Source of the DNA: Alphaproteobacteria bacterium
GTDB taxonomy: Bacteria; Pseudomonadota; Alphaproteobacteria; GCA-2731375
Assembly: GCA_965232515.1 (NCBI GenBank)
Contig: CBDDPY010000002.1
Location: 3,168,001-3,232,000 of the forward strand
DNA: 64,000 bases
Direction: 5' to 3'
Shown: one piece after another, positions 30,658 through 40,337 of the stretch
Position numbering within the stretch: position 1 is the stretch's first letter
Layout: each line of letters begins with the position of its first letter
Program-made: the position numbers and the translations under genes
The notes under the pieces: model-generated
What the model was told of the DNA's origin: nothing
The model's database searches: none
Seen by the model: the letters and a program-made list of their open reading frames with translations, nothing else

Positions 30658-30862
30658 GACGGTGTCCCTCCCATCGTCTGCCGCACTCGAAACGCAACCA
30701 CACAGGAACGCGATATCAACGCGCCGGCCAACGTCGCAACGCCGGACGGCCAAGTCGATGTTAGCGCAAGACCGGCCGCCGCCGCATCCCCGGCGACCGT
30801 TTCATCCGCAATTCACTCTCGGCGTCGGTTATGCGCAGAAGGAACTGGGCGATACCGCCGCG

Positions 30863-31432
30863 TCAGTGCGTGATCGGCAGGATCGGCTCGATGCCGGAGA
30901 AGACCGGCTCGAGCGCGACGCCCAGCGCATCGCCGAACTTGCTGACGGCGATGTAGATCGTGATGGTGAACACGGCCTCGACGATCTGCGGCTCGGTGAA
31001 GTGCTTGTGCAGCCGTTCCCAGAGCTCGGCCGGGACGTTGTTTGCGTCGATGCCGATCTGCACCGTCAGGTCCATCAGCGCCTTTTCGGCCTCGGTGAAG
31101 TGCGGGCTGTCCTTGTAACGGTCGCCGCCGATGTCGGCGATCTTCTCCTCCGAGATGCCGAGCCGCTTCGACAGCGTCTCGTGCTGGACGACGCAATACT
31201 GGCAGTCGTTGCGATGGGTCGCCTTCAGGATGATCAGCTCCTTGGTGACCCAGTCGATCTCGCCGTCCTTCAGGATCGCCATGATCATGTCGGTGAAGAC
31301 GGTGCCGAGTTCGGGCGTGTGGCCGAACACCTTGAAGATGTTCAGAAGCATCTGAAAACGCTCTTCGGCCTTGTCGTAGAACTCGTTTGTCGCGGCATTG
31401 GCCTCGGCGCGTTCGACATAGGATACGGTCAT
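30863..31432 (-). CDS. AhpD/carboxymuconolactone decarboxylase-family protein
   Basis: KELIIL.....NDCQYCVVQH motif. Confidence 0.85.
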   Translation of the reverse strand: MTVSYVERAEANAATNEFYDKAEERFQMLLNIFKVFGHTPELGTVFTDMIMAILKDGEIDWVTKELIILKATHRNDCQYCVVQHETLSKRLGISEEKIADIGGDRYKDSPHFTEAEKALMDLTVQIGIDANNVPAELWERLHKHFTEPQIVEAVFTITIYIAVSKFGDALGVALEPVFSGIEPILPITH

Positions 31433-31454
31433 GCTGTCCTCCCGTGATTTATGA

Positions 31455-31472
31455 TTGGAATGATCATTCCAA
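31455..31472. promoter_or_regulatory. Perfect 18-bp palindrome, probable TetR operator
   Basis: TTGGAATGATCATTCCAA just upstream of the AhpD gene; related site TTGGAACGATCGATCAAT at 32103-32120 upstream of the TetR gene. Confidence 0.75.
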
Positions 31473-31488
31473 ACGCGACAAAAGTTTT

Positions 31489-32070
31489 TTATTCCAGCAA
31501 TTTCGCAGCCTGATGCGCCACCGATCGCAGCAGCATGGCCTCCGGCCGGCTGCGCGACAGCACCCGCAGGCCGATGAACAGGCTCAGGAGGGCACGCGCG
31601 GTCTCGGTCGGGTCGACATGGGCCGGGATTTCGCCGGTCCGGCGACCCTTTTCGATCATGCGGCGGAAGAAGTCCTCCATTTCGCTCAAACCCTGGGCGA
31701 CGATGGCGGAAACCTCTGAATCGTGCGGTGAGAGCTCGAGCGCGGTGTTGACCAGCAGGCAGCCGTCCCGCGCGCCGTCATAGAGCACGGCGTCGACGAC
31801 GCTGTCGAACGCCGCGACGATGGCCGATTTCGCGCCGCTTGATGCCTCAAGCGCGGCGATCCAGTCGGCGCGGTGGCGTTCGTCGTAGCGGCGCAGCGCC
31901 TGCAAAAAGAGACTGCGTTTGTCGCCGAAGGTGGCGTAGAGGCTGCCGCGGTTGATCTGCATGCAGTCGACCAGGTCCTGCATGGACGTGGCCTCGTAGC
32001 CGCGCGCCCAGAAGGCCTGCATGGCCCGTTGCAGGGCTTGATCGATGTCGAACTGCTTCTCCCAGGGCAT
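31489..32070 (-). CDS. TetR-family regulator
   Basis: FWARGYEATSMQDLV...INRGSLYATFGDK; GCLLVN. Confidence 0.92.
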   Translation of the reverse strand: MPWEKQFDIDQALQRAMQAFWARGYEATSMQDLVDCMQINRGSLYATFGDKRSLFLQALRRYDERHRADWIAALEASSGAKSAIVAAFDSVVDAVLYDGARDGCLLVNTALELSPHDSEVSAIVAQGLSEMEDFFRRMIEKGRRTGEIPAHVDPTETARALLSLFIGLRVLSRSRPEAMLLRSVAHQAAKLLE

Positions 32071-32158
32071 GGAAGGCTCCTGTTTCGGATACGCTAGCGA
32101 GTTTGGAACGATCGATCAATATGCATTCGACCTCTTGACGTTGGATAACTCGTTCCCA

Positions 32159-32187
32159 TTTCATAGCGAACGATTTGAAAAAGGAGA
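32159..32187 (+). promoter_or_regulatory. Operator-like imperfect palindrome, repeated at 32790-32817
   Basis: TTTCATAGCGAACGATTTGAAAAAGGAGA versus TTTCATATCGAACGATCAGAAAAGGAGA, each abutting an RBS. Confidence 0.7.
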
Positions 32188-32193
32188 CCAGCC

Positions 32194-32775
32194 GTGGGAC
32201 GGCCGCGTGAATTCGACCCCGCCGAGGCCCTGGACAAGGCCATGCATCTGTTCTGGTCGAAGGGCTATTTCGACACCTCGATCCGCGACCTGGTGGCGCG
32301 AACCGGCGTCAACTATTACGGCCTCTACGACGCCTTCGACAGCAAGCACGGCCTGTTCCTGGCGGCACTGGACCACTATCGCGACACGGTGACGCGCGAC
32401 ATCGGCGCGGCCTTGCGCGATGCCGAGCCCGGCCCCGACGCCATCGCTGCGGCGCTGACGACCGCCCGCGACCGGGTGCAGGCGGAAGAACCGGATTCCG
32501 GCTGCCTGATGTGCAACACGGCCATCGAGCTGGCGCCGCACGACGCCGAGGCGGCCGGGAAAGTGCAGACGCATATGACGATGATGCGCGAGGCCTTCGA
32601 GGCGGTCCTGCGCGAGGCGCAGGCGGCAGGGACGATCACGGCCGACAAGGATGCGGCGGCGCTGGCCGAGTTCTTCGCGACGACGACCTATTCGATCGGC
32701 CTGCTGCTGCGCGCCGGCTGCGGCCAGGACATGGTCGACCGCCATATCCGCACCGCGCTTTCCGTACTCGACTGA
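32194..32775 (+). CDS. TetR-family regulator
   Basis: MGRPREFD...FWSKGYFDTSIRDLV...LYDAFDSK; GCLMCN. Confidence 0.92.
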   Translation: MGRPREFDPAEALDKAMHLFWSKGYFDTSIRDLVARTGVNYYGLYDAFDSKHGLFLAALDHYRDTVTRDIGAALRDAEPGPDAIAAALTTARDRVQAEEPDSGCLMCNTAIELAPHDAEAAGKVQTHMTMMREAFEAVLREAQAAGTITADKDAAALAEFFATTTYSIGLLLRAGCGQDMVDRHIRTALSVLD

Positions 32776-32824
32776 TTTTTTTTGACCTTTTTCATATCGA
32801 ACGATCAGAAAAGGAGATCACGCC

Positions 32825-33376
32825 ATGCCCCATCTCAGCTATGCCCAGCATTTCCAGGGCGTCGCCGACCTGTTCCTGCGCGATCCCGAGCGCTACGGCT
32901 CGATGCTGCAATTCATCGAAAACGTGATGACGCGGGCGTCGGAGCTGTCGAAGTCGGACCGCGAGCTGCTGGCCGCGCACGTCTCGCATCTGAACGGTTG
33001 CGGCTTTTGCGTCGGCGCGCACCGGGCGACGCTCGCCAGCATGAACGTCGCGGCGGACGCGATCGACGGCGCGGTCGAGGACACGCCGTCGGCGACGGAT
33101 GCGAAACTCCAGACACTGCTGGACTTCGCCGGCAAGCTCACAAGGACGCCGGCGGCGATCACGGCCGGCGACATCGCGGACCTGCGCCTCGCCGGCTGGT
33201 CGGAGCAGGCGATCGAGGACGCGATCAACGTCATCGCGCTGTTCGGCTACGTCAACCGCCTGGTCGACGCCGTCGGCATCGAGGGCAACGACGCCTACTT
33301 CGCCCATGTCGGCCGCGCGATCGCCACGCAAGGCTACGCGCCCCTCATCAAAACGGCGCTGCAGAAGGCCGGTTAG
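32825..33376 (+). CDS. AhpD-like peroxidase-related protein
   Basis: RELLAAHVSHLNGCGFCVGAH; NRLVDAVG. Confidence 0.88.
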   Translation: MPHLSYAQHFQGVADLFLRDPERYGSMLQFIENVMTRASELSKSDRELLAAHVSHLNGCGFCVGAHRATLASMNVAADAIDGAVEDTPSATDAKLQTLLDFAGKLTRTPAAITAGDIADLRLAGWSEQAIEDAINVIALFGYVNRLVDAVGIEGNDAYFAHVGRAIATQGYAPLIKTALQKAG

Positions 33377-33411
33377 CACAGACATGAACGCGTCGCATAC
33401 GGCCCCTACCC

Positions 33412-33477
33412 GTCATGCCGGCGAAGGCCGGCATCAAGACGGCACCAACCATGGATCCCGGCCTACGCCGGGATGAC
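33412..33477. repeat. Pair of inverted REP-like palindromes
   Basis: GTCATGCCGGCGAAGGCCGGCATC (33412-33435) and TGGATCCCGGCCTACGCCGGGATGAC (33452-33477). Confidence 0.7.
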
Positions 33478-33544
33478 CGAGGACGAAAGATCTGACGACA
33501 GCGGCCGAATAAGCGGTCGCGAACAAGGGAAAGGAGACCCAACC

Positions 33545-33961
33545 ATGACCGATACGCTGCAATGGGACGTCCGCGGCGAGAGCTTCGAGGACGGCAGCCG
33601 CTTGAGCGACTGGCGCAAGGTCGAGGAGAGCGGCGTCTGGCACTGGCAGTACGACACGCACGAGCTGAGCTTCGTGATCTACGAGCACGACGGCCAGTTC
33701 TGGAAGCTCTACCGCGCCCGCTTCGTGCGGCCCGGCGAGGCCGTGCACGGTTTCGACTGGGGTGGCCAGGCCTGCCGCATGGCGCACGTCGAATACACGA
33801 CCCGCGCCGGCTCGCCGCATTCCAACCGGCTGATGAACAAGGGCGACCGCGAGTGGGTGCGGACCTACGAGGTCGATCCGGCGATCCACAGCGTGCTTCG
33901 GGCCGGCCGGCCGGACCCGAAATACGGCGCGCCCTATGGTCCGAAACGGGTCGCCGCCTGA
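33545..33961 (+). CDS. Hypothetical aromatic-rich cytoplasmic protein
   Basis: AAGGAG RBS before ATG 33545; high-GC3 codon usage; no motif recognised. Confidence 0.75.
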   Translation: MTDTLQWDVRGESFEDGSRLSDWRKVEESGVWHWQYDTHELSFVIYEHDGQFWKLYRARFVRPGEAVHGFDWGGQACRMAHVEYTTRAGSPHSNRLMNKGDREWVRTYEVDPAIHSVLRAGRPDPKYGAPYGPKRVAA

Positions 33962-33976
33962 CCGGGAGCCACGATC

Positions 33977-34714
33977 ATGACCAAACCGGTTGCTCTGATT
34001 ACCGGCGTCGGCGACGCCACGGGCGCGTCGCTCGCCCGCCGTTTCGCCGCCGGCGGCTATCGCGTCGCCATGGTGGCGCGCAACGCCAAACGTTTGGCGG
34101 CGCTGGAAGCCGAGATCGACGGCGCCAAAGCCTTCGTCTGCGACATCGGCGATCTCGACGCGCTGACGGCGACCATCGACGCCGTGCGCGCTGATATGGG
34201 CAAGCCAGAGGTGCTGGTGCACAACGCCGTCGCGGCGACCTTCAAGGGTTTCCTCGAGGCCGATCCGACGGAGCTCGAGCGCAATTTCCGGGTCAACACC
34301 ACCGCCCTGCTTTATCTGGCCCGGGCGCTGGCGCCCGACATGATCGCCGCCGGCAACGGCGCGATCATGGTGACGGGCAACACGGCGGCGCACCGCGGCG
34401 TGCCCAAATACGCGCTGTTCGCACCGAGCAAAGCGGGACAGCGCGTGCTGGCGGAAGCGCTTGCCCGCGAACTCGGACCCCAGGGCGTGCACGTGGCCTA
34501 CATCACCATCGACGCCGCCATCGACGTGACCTGGATCGGCACCGATGTCGAAAAGCCGTCCTGGCTGACCCCGCCCGACGACTGGAGCGAGGCGCGTGAG
34601 GACTACTACGCTCAGCCAGCGGCGATCGCCGACGAGGTTTTCCATGTCGCGCACCAGCATCGTTCGACCTGGAGCTTCGATCTGGTGATCCGGCCCTTCG
34701 CCGAGACCTGGTGA
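33977..34714 (+). CDS. Short-chain dehydrogenase/reductase (atypical)
   Basis: ALITGVGDATG, LVHNA, F...K in place of YxxxK, ARELGPQGVHVA. Confidence 0.88.
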   Translation: MTKPVALITGVGDATGASLARRFAAGGYRVAMVARNAKRLAALEAEIDGAKAFVCDIGDLDALTATIDAVRADMGKPEVLVHNAVAATFKGFLEADPTELERNFRVNTTALLYLARALAPDMIAAGNGAIMVTGNTAAHRGVPKYALFAPSKAGQRVLAEALARELGPQGVHVAYITIDAAIDVTWIGTDVEKPSWLTPPDDWSEAREDYYAQPAAIADEVFHVAHQHRSTWSFDLVIRPFAETW

Positions 34715-34732
34715 CAAGGGAGGAGACGAGCC

Positions 34733-35440
34733 ATGCAGTTGTCGCTGACACCGTTCCTGGTCGCCGTCGAGTTGGGATTTCTGTTCGTGATCGCCTGGCG
34801 CGTTCGGAGACCGGCCGTCTACGTCTATCTGGCATGGCTCGCGGTCTACGCGATCGTCACCAGCGTGCTCGGCGCCCGCGGCGTGTATGTGACCGACGGC
34901 TTAATGAAGACACTTCCGGGGCTCTGGCTTCAGGTCATCACGGTTGCCGCGGCGGTTGTGCCGGTGATCCTGTTCGCCGGCGTGCGGCAGGGCTTGCGCG
35001 ATATCGTCGACGCGACGCCGTGGCATTGGTTCGCCTATTTCCACGGCCTGCGGCTGACGGCGCTGGGCACGGCCTACAAAACCTGGACCGGCGAGTTCCC
35101 GGCCTATTTCGAATACCTCGTCGGCGTGCCCGACCTGCTGTTCGCGATCTCAGCGTTCTGGATCGCGGCGCGGGCAAAGCGCGGCGAGATCAGCGCGCAA
35201 GCCTTCATGGTCTGGAACCTGATCGGCGCGCTGGTCATCGTGCCGGCGGCGCCGATCGTGCTGCAGCTCGGGTTGCCGGGACCGCTGCAGGTCTTCACCA
35301 GCCTGCCGGACGCTCGTGCGGTCTTCACCTATCCCATGTCGATCGCGCCGATGATCGGCGTGCCGCTGTTCGTGCTGGTCAACCTGCTGGTCGCCTGGCG
35401 TCTGTGGGAACGGCGCTTCACGACGGCGGTAACACCCTGA
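34733..35440 (+). CDS. Integral membrane protein of unknown function
   Basis: GGAGG RBS; about 7 hydrophobic segments. Confidence 0.75.
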   Translation: MQLSLTPFLVAVELGFLFVIAWRVRRPAVYVYLAWLAVYAIVTSVLGARGVYVTDGLMKTLPGLWLQVITVAAAVVPVILFAGVRQGLRDIVDATPWHWFAYFHGLRLTALGTAYKTWTGEFPAYFEYLVGVPDLLFAISAFWIAARAKRGEISAQAFMVWNLIGALVIVPAAPIVLQLGLPGPLQVFTSLPDARAVFTYPMSIAPMIGVPLFVLVNLLVAWRLWERRFTTAVTP

Positions 35441-35557
35441 CAGGCTCGTCGCCATCCCCCGCCGGCAACCGCGCGGCGAAAGACGAGCCGACCGGCCGCG
35501 GCTAGCGTGCCGCCCCGGCCTTCGCGCGAAAACCGGCACAGAAACGGAGTTGAGATC

Positions 35558-36010
35558 ATGCCAATCGTTGATTTGACCGTTGCCGAAGGCACCCTGCCGG
35601 AGAAGAAGCGCGAGAAGCTGCTGGACAAGGTTGGGCGTATCGCCATCGACTACGAGGGCCTGTCGGGCAGCAAGTTCGCCGAGGCGTTCACCTGGGTTTA
35701 CCTGCACGAGCTGCCGGCGACACATGTGAGCCAGATTTCCGGCACGCCGCCGAAGCCGCTCTATCGCTTCACCTTCACGACGCTGCAGACGCTGCTCGAC
35801 AACGACAGCAAGCATCGGTTGGGCGAGGACGTGGCGCGCGCGGTCTACGAGATCGAGGGCGCCGAATGGAACGAGGACGAGGCCTATAACCGGGTCTGGG
35901 TCTTCTTCGACGACTACCGTCAGGGCGACTGGATCGTCGGCGGACGGATCAACAACATCAAGGCGCTGCGTGCCGAAGTGGAAAAGGAGCGCGCGAAGGC
36001 CGCAGCGTGA
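35558..36010 (+). CDS. Tautomerase-superfamily protein (4-OT-like, Pro1)
   Basis: MPIVDLTV start gives Pro1; RVWVFF....GDW.VGG C-terminus; GGAG RBS. Confidence 0.8.
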   Translation: MPIVDLTVAEGTLPEKKREKLLDKVGRIAIDYEGLSGSKFAEAFTWVYLHELPATHVSQISGTPPKPLYRFTFTTLQTLLDNDSKHRLGEDVARAVYEIEGAEWNEDEAYNRVWVFFDDYRQGDWIVGGRINNIKALRAEVEKERAKAAA

Positions 36011-36258
36011 CCTCGATCGGCCGGGCGGGGTGCGGGCATCGAACGCACCCCGCTCGCCGACACGATCGCCCAAGACAAGCGTTGCCGAAAAAGCAACGGG
36101 GCAGTGAAAAAATAGCGCTTTCTTAGAACGCTCCGCGGGTTCACCATTTTGCCAATCGAACGGATGGCGCGCGGGGTTCCGCGGTGCGCGCGCCAAGATC
36201 CGGATCGGATCGATGTCTTGTTCAAACGATAGCTCATGCGCGCTGGGGAGGCGAAAAC

Positions 36259-37305
36259 ATGGCACGCGAAACATCCTGTTCGTCGGCACGGAGCCGTCGT
36301 GACGTTCTAAAGCTGGGCACGGCGCTGGGCGGCATCGCCGCGACGTCGTCGCTTATCGGCGTGGAAGCGCTGGCGGCGGGCGAAGCCAAGGTCAACATGC
36401 AGCTCGGCTGGCTCGCCAGCAACGGCATCATGGGCGAGGTCGTGGCCAAGCGCATGGGCTTCTATGCCGAGGAAGGCATCGAGCTGGAGGTGACGCCGGG
36501 CGGTCCGGGCGTCGACGGCGTCGCCTCGGTGGCGGCGGGCCGGGCGCAGGCCGGTCAGTTGTCGTCGAGCCCGTCGTTGATGCTGGCGCGTTCGGCCGGC
36601 ATCCCGGTGAAAGCCTTCGCCGCCGGCTACCAGAAGCACCCCTTCACGTATTTCTCGCTGGCCAAGGACCCGATCCGCACGCCGAAGGACATGATCGGCA
36701 AGACCATCGCAACGCAGCCGACGGCGGTGATCCTGCTGAAAGCGCTGCTGGCCCAAAACGGCATCGCCGAGGATCAGGTCGAAGTCGTGAAGATGGGCAG
36801 CGACATGAACCAGCTGATGACGGGCCAGGCCGCCGCAGTGACCGGCTGGCAGACCAACACCAACGCCTTGAAAATTCTCGGCGAGGACCGCGTCGACATG
36901 ATGCTGTGGGACGCCGGCATCCAGCTCTACGCCAACGTCTACTACACGACTGACGACATGCTGGCGCAGCACAAGGACGTGCTGGTGCGTTATCTAACCG
37001 GCTCGGCCCGCGGCTGGGACTATGCCCGCAAGAACCCCGAGGCCGCCGTCGACCATCTGGTGGCGGAGTATCGCAACCTCGATCGCGACAGCGAGCTGGA
37101 AGCGGTGAACCCGGTGCTCGGCTTCTCGTTCAACGAGACCACGGCGAAGGACGGCTGGGCGGCGATGAACCCGGAGAACTGGCAGGCGCAGATCGACATC
37201 TACGCCAAGCTCGGCCAGTTCAAGGGCGACGTGCCGTCGGTCGGGGATGTCATGACCACTGATGTGCTGGCGGCGACGGAAGGCCTGCGCAGGCAGATCG
37301 GATGA
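36259..37305 (+). CDS. NMT1/THI5-like ABC substrate-binding protein with Tat signal
   Basis: SRRDVLK Tat motif; QLGWL, GFYAEEGIELEV.PGGP, I.TPKDMIGK. Confidence 0.88.
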   Translation: MARETSCSSARSRRDVLKLGTALGGIAATSSLIGVEALAAGEAKVNMQLGWLASNGIMGEVVAKRMGFYAEEGIELEVTPGGPGVDGVASVAAGRAQAGQLSSSPSLMLARSAGIPVKAFAAGYQKHPFTYFSLAKDPIRTPKDMIGKTIATQPTAVILLKALLAQNGIAEDQVEVVKMGSDMNQLMTGQAAAVTGWQTNTNALKILGEDRVDMMLWDAGIQLYANVYYTTDDMLAQHKDVLVRYLTGSARGWDYARKNPEAAVDHLVAEYRNLDRDSELEAVNPVLGFSFNETTAKDGWAAMNPENWQAQIDIYAKLGQFKGDVPSVGDVMTTDVLAATEGLRRQIG

Positions 37306-38129
37306 GCCCGCCGGCCGTCGCCACGGCGGCGGACGCCATGCCGGCCGACGCCGCCGATGCTGCCGCCACCGCCATCGCCGTTTCCGACCTGACGGTCCGG
37401 TTCTCGGGCGAGGCCGGCACCGTGACGGCGCTCGACCGCGTCAGCTTCGACGTGCCGGCCGGTGGCTTCGTGACCATGCTGGGACCGTCGGGCTGCGGCA
37501 AGTCGACGCTGCTGCGGGCGATTGCCGATCTGGCGCCGATCAGCGATGGCGCAATCTCGGTGTTCGGGCGCACGCCCGAGGAAGCACGGCTGGCCCGCGA
37601 CTTCGCCTTCGTGTTTCAGGACGCGACGCTGCTGCCCTGGCGCAGCGCCATTGACAACGTGCGTCTGCCATTGGAAGTGGGGCGCGGCGTCGAGGCGGTC
37701 GAGCAGCATGCCGAACCGGACGAACTGCTGGCGCTGGTCGGGCTTGCCGGCCGCGAAGACGCCTTGCCGCACGAGCTGTCGGGCGGCATGCGCCAGCGGG
37801 TCGCCATCGCCCGGGCGCTGGTCTGCCGGCCACGGGTGCTGCTGATGGACGAACCGTTCGGCGCGCTCGACGAGATCACCCGCGACAAGCTGAACGAGGA
37901 GCTGCTGCGGATCTGGCAGGAGACCGGGACGACGATCATCTTCGTCACCCATTCGATTCCCGAGGCCGCCTTCCTGGGCCAGAAGACGCTGGTGCTGTCG
38001 GCCCATCCCGGCCGCGTGCGCGACTATGTCGAGACCGCGTTCGAGGGCCCGCGCAAGCTGGCGCTGCGCGACACGCTGGAGTTCGTACAGGTCACCGCGC
38101 ACTTGCGGCAATTGCTGGAGGGCGCGTGA
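37302..38129 (+). CDS. ABC transporter ATP-binding protein (TauB/SsuB-like)
   Basis: GPSGCGKST, LSGGMRQR, LLMDEPFGALD, FVTHSI.EA. Confidence 0.93.
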   Translation: MSPPAVATAADAMPADAADAAATAIAVSDLTVRFSGEAGTVTALDRVSFDVPAGGFVTMLGPSGCGKSTLLRAIADLAPISDGAISVFGRTPEEARLARDFAFVFQDATLLPWRSAIDNVRLPLEVGRGVEAVEQHAEPDELLALVGLAGREDALPHELSGGMRQRVAIARALVCRPRVLLMDEPFGALDEITRDKLNEELLRIWQETGTTIIFVTHSIPEAAFLGQKTLVLSAHPGRVRDYVETAFEGPRKLALRDTLEFVQVTAHLRQLLEGA

Positions 38130-38953
38130 TGGCGAGCGTCGACAGCAACGCCGCCTGGTCGGACACCGACGCGGGGAAGGCGAAGACGAAACGCCGCGAC
38201 GTCTGGCGCCGGCGGGCGCCGGCGATCTTGGCCGCCGTCGGTCTGCTGCTACTGTGGCAGCTGATCGTCGCCGGCTTCGGCGTGCCGACCTATATCGCGC
38301 CGAGTCCGATCCAGGTGCTGGAGGTGTTCGTCACACAAGGCGACATCCTGTGGCTGAACTTCTGGCCGACGCTGCTAGAGGCGGTGTCGGGCTTCATCGT
38401 CGGTAATACGGTGGCCGTGCTGCTGGCGGTCTGGTTCGTGCACAACCAGCTGGCCGAACGCGCCTTCTATCCGATCGCGGTGTTTATCAACACCATCCCG
38501 ATCATCGCCATCGCGCCGATCCTGGTGCTGATCCTGGGCAACGGCTACGCGCCGAAGATCGTCATCGCGGCGCTGATCTGCTTCTTCCCGACGCTGGTCA
38601 ATATGGTGCGCGGGCTGAAGGCGGTGAACCCGCAGATGCTGGAACTGATGCGGGTGCTGTCGGCGAGCGAGCGGGAGGTGCTGTGGAAGATCCGGCTGCA
38701 GAGCTCGCTGCCGTTCCTGTTCGCGGCGCTGAAGATCGCGTCCACGACCTGCGTGATCGGCGCCATCGTCGGCGAATGGATCGGCTCGAACTACGGGCTC
38801 GGCTCGCTGATCATCGAGGCCACCTACAACTTCCGCTCGCCGCTGCTCTACGCCACCGTGATCCTGGGCGCGGGCCTGGCGGTGACGGCCTTCAGCATCA
38901 CGACACTGGTCGAGCGGCGGGTTCTGAAATGGAAGCCCGCCGACGTCTATTGA
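38129..38953 (+). CDS. ABC transporter permease (TauC/SsuC-like)
   Basis: PIIAIAP, FFPTLVN..RG, GAIVGEWIGS..GLG. Confidence 0.92.
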   Translation: MASVDSNAAWSDTDAGKAKTKRRDVWRRRAPAILAAVGLLLLWQLIVAGFGVPTYIAPSPIQVLEVFVTQGDILWLNFWPTLLEAVSGFIVGNTVAVLLAVWFVHNQLAERAFYPIAVFINTIPIIAIAPILVLILGNGYAPKIVIAALICFFPTLVNMVRGLKAVNPQMLELMRVLSASEREVLWKIRLQSSLPFLFAALKIASTTCVIGAIVGEWIGSNYGLGSLIIEATYNFRSPLLYATVILGAGLAVTAFSITTLVERRVLKWKPADVY

Positions 38954-38975
38954 GCCCGATTGATGGAGAGAGTTT

Positions 38976-40337
38976 ATGCCAACCCCGCATAGTGTGATCC
39001 GCCCGCAGTCAGATGCGCCCGTCGTCGCCCAATCCGACGTGGTCGTGGTCGGTGGCGGCCCGGCCGGCATCTCGGCCGCCGTTTCGGCGGCGCGCAACGG
39101 CGTCTCGGTGACGCTGGTCGAGCGCTATCCCTATCTCGGCGGCCTGGCCTCGGGCGGCATGGTCCTGGTGCTGGACGACATGCACAACGACACCGAGATC
39201 TCGGTGCGGGGCCTCGCCATGGAGATGATCGAGCGCATGGCGCGGCGCGGCCTCTGCGTCTATCCGCCCGACGCCGACCGCGACCCGCAGGTGCGGCAGA
39301 GCCAGGAGATGTGGCGCAAATGGTCGCGCTGGGGTCTGTTCGACTTCCACACGCAGTCGAAGCCGCATCCCGTGATCTTCGCGGCCGCCTTCGACCCCGA
39401 CGGCTTCAAGCAGGCGGCGATCGACATGGTCGGCGAGGCCAAGATCGAGCTGAGGCTGCATAGCTGGTTCACCTCGACGATCACCGAGGACGGCCGCGCC
39501 AAGGGCGTCATCGTGCAGACCAAGGAAGGCCCGCAGGCTGTTCTGGGCGACGTGGTGATCGACGCCTCGGGCGATCTGGACGTGGCGGCCGACGCCGGCG
39601 CCGCCTATGCCGAGGGCGCCTATATCGTGACCACGGTGACGCGCATGGGCGGCGTCGACACCGAGGCGGCGGCGCGCTTCGAGTTCGAGGAACCGGAACG
39701 CTTCGCTGCGCTGGACCGGCAGGCGAAGCGCATCATCAAGGGCTGCTGGCAGCACTGGTGGCTGAAGACGCCGCTGCCGGGCATTGTCTGGTGCAACTGT
39801 CCGCACATGACCGGCTTCGACGGATTGAAAGTCGCCGACCTGACCGCGGCCGAGTTCGAGGGTCGCCGCCGGATGCAGGCGCTGTTGGACTTCGCGCGCG
39901 AGAACATGCCCGGCTTCGAAAACGCCTATTTCGTCGATTTCGCGCCGCAGACCGGCGTGCGCCAGACCCGCCTGCTGGAGGGCGACTATGTCGTCACCAA
40001 GGAGGACGTGGTCAACCGCGTGCACTTCCACGACACGGTCTGCCGCGGCCGCGACTACTACACGCCCTACCGCGCCCTGCTGCCGAAGCAGGTGGACCAG
40101 ATGCTGGTCGCCGGCCGGCACTATTCGGCGACGCCGTCGGCGCAGAAGATCAGCCGCGAGATCCCGCCCTGCATGGCCATGGGCGAGGCCGCGGGCATCG
40201 CCGCGGCGCTGGCGCTGAACGCCGGCAGCACCGTGCGCGAGGTCGACGCGCGGGCGATCCAGAAGCAGATGCGCGCCCAAGGCGCCGATCCCGGCGATCA
40301 ACCGGCGGCGAATGCGCAGACGACGGAGGCGGCCTGA
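38976..40337 (+). CDS. FAD-dependent oxidoreductase
   Basis: DVVVVGGGPAG Rossmann motif, IDASGD.D, GVRQTR, PYRALLP, LVAGR, MAMGEAAG. Confidence 0.88.
   Translation: MPTPHSVIRPQSDAPVVAQSDVVVVGGGPAGISAAVSAARNGVSVTLVERYPYLGGLASGGMVLVLDDMHNDTEISVRGLAMEMIERMARRGLCVYPPDADRDPQVRQSQEMWRKWSRWGLFDFHTQSKPHPVIFAAAFDPDGFKQAAIDMVGEAKIELRLHSWFTSTITEDGRAKGVIVQTKEGPQAVLGDVVIDASGDLDVAADAGAAYAEGAYIVTTVTRMGGVDTEAAARFEFEEPERFAALDRQAKRIIKGCWQHWWLKTPLPGIVWCNCPHMTGFDGLKVADLTAAEFEGRRRMQALLDFARENMPGFENAYFVDFAPQTGVRQTRLLEGDYVVTKEDVVNRVHFHDTVCRGRDYYTPYRALLPKQVDQMLVAGRHYSATPSAQKISREIPPCMAMGEAAGIAAALALNAGSTVREVDARAIQKQMRAQGADPGDQPAANAQTTEAA

Noticed and set aside
34711-35505. 264-aa ORF overlapping the membrane protein gene
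   Set aside because: Arg-rich alternative frame; the 34733 frame has the RBS and TM pattern.
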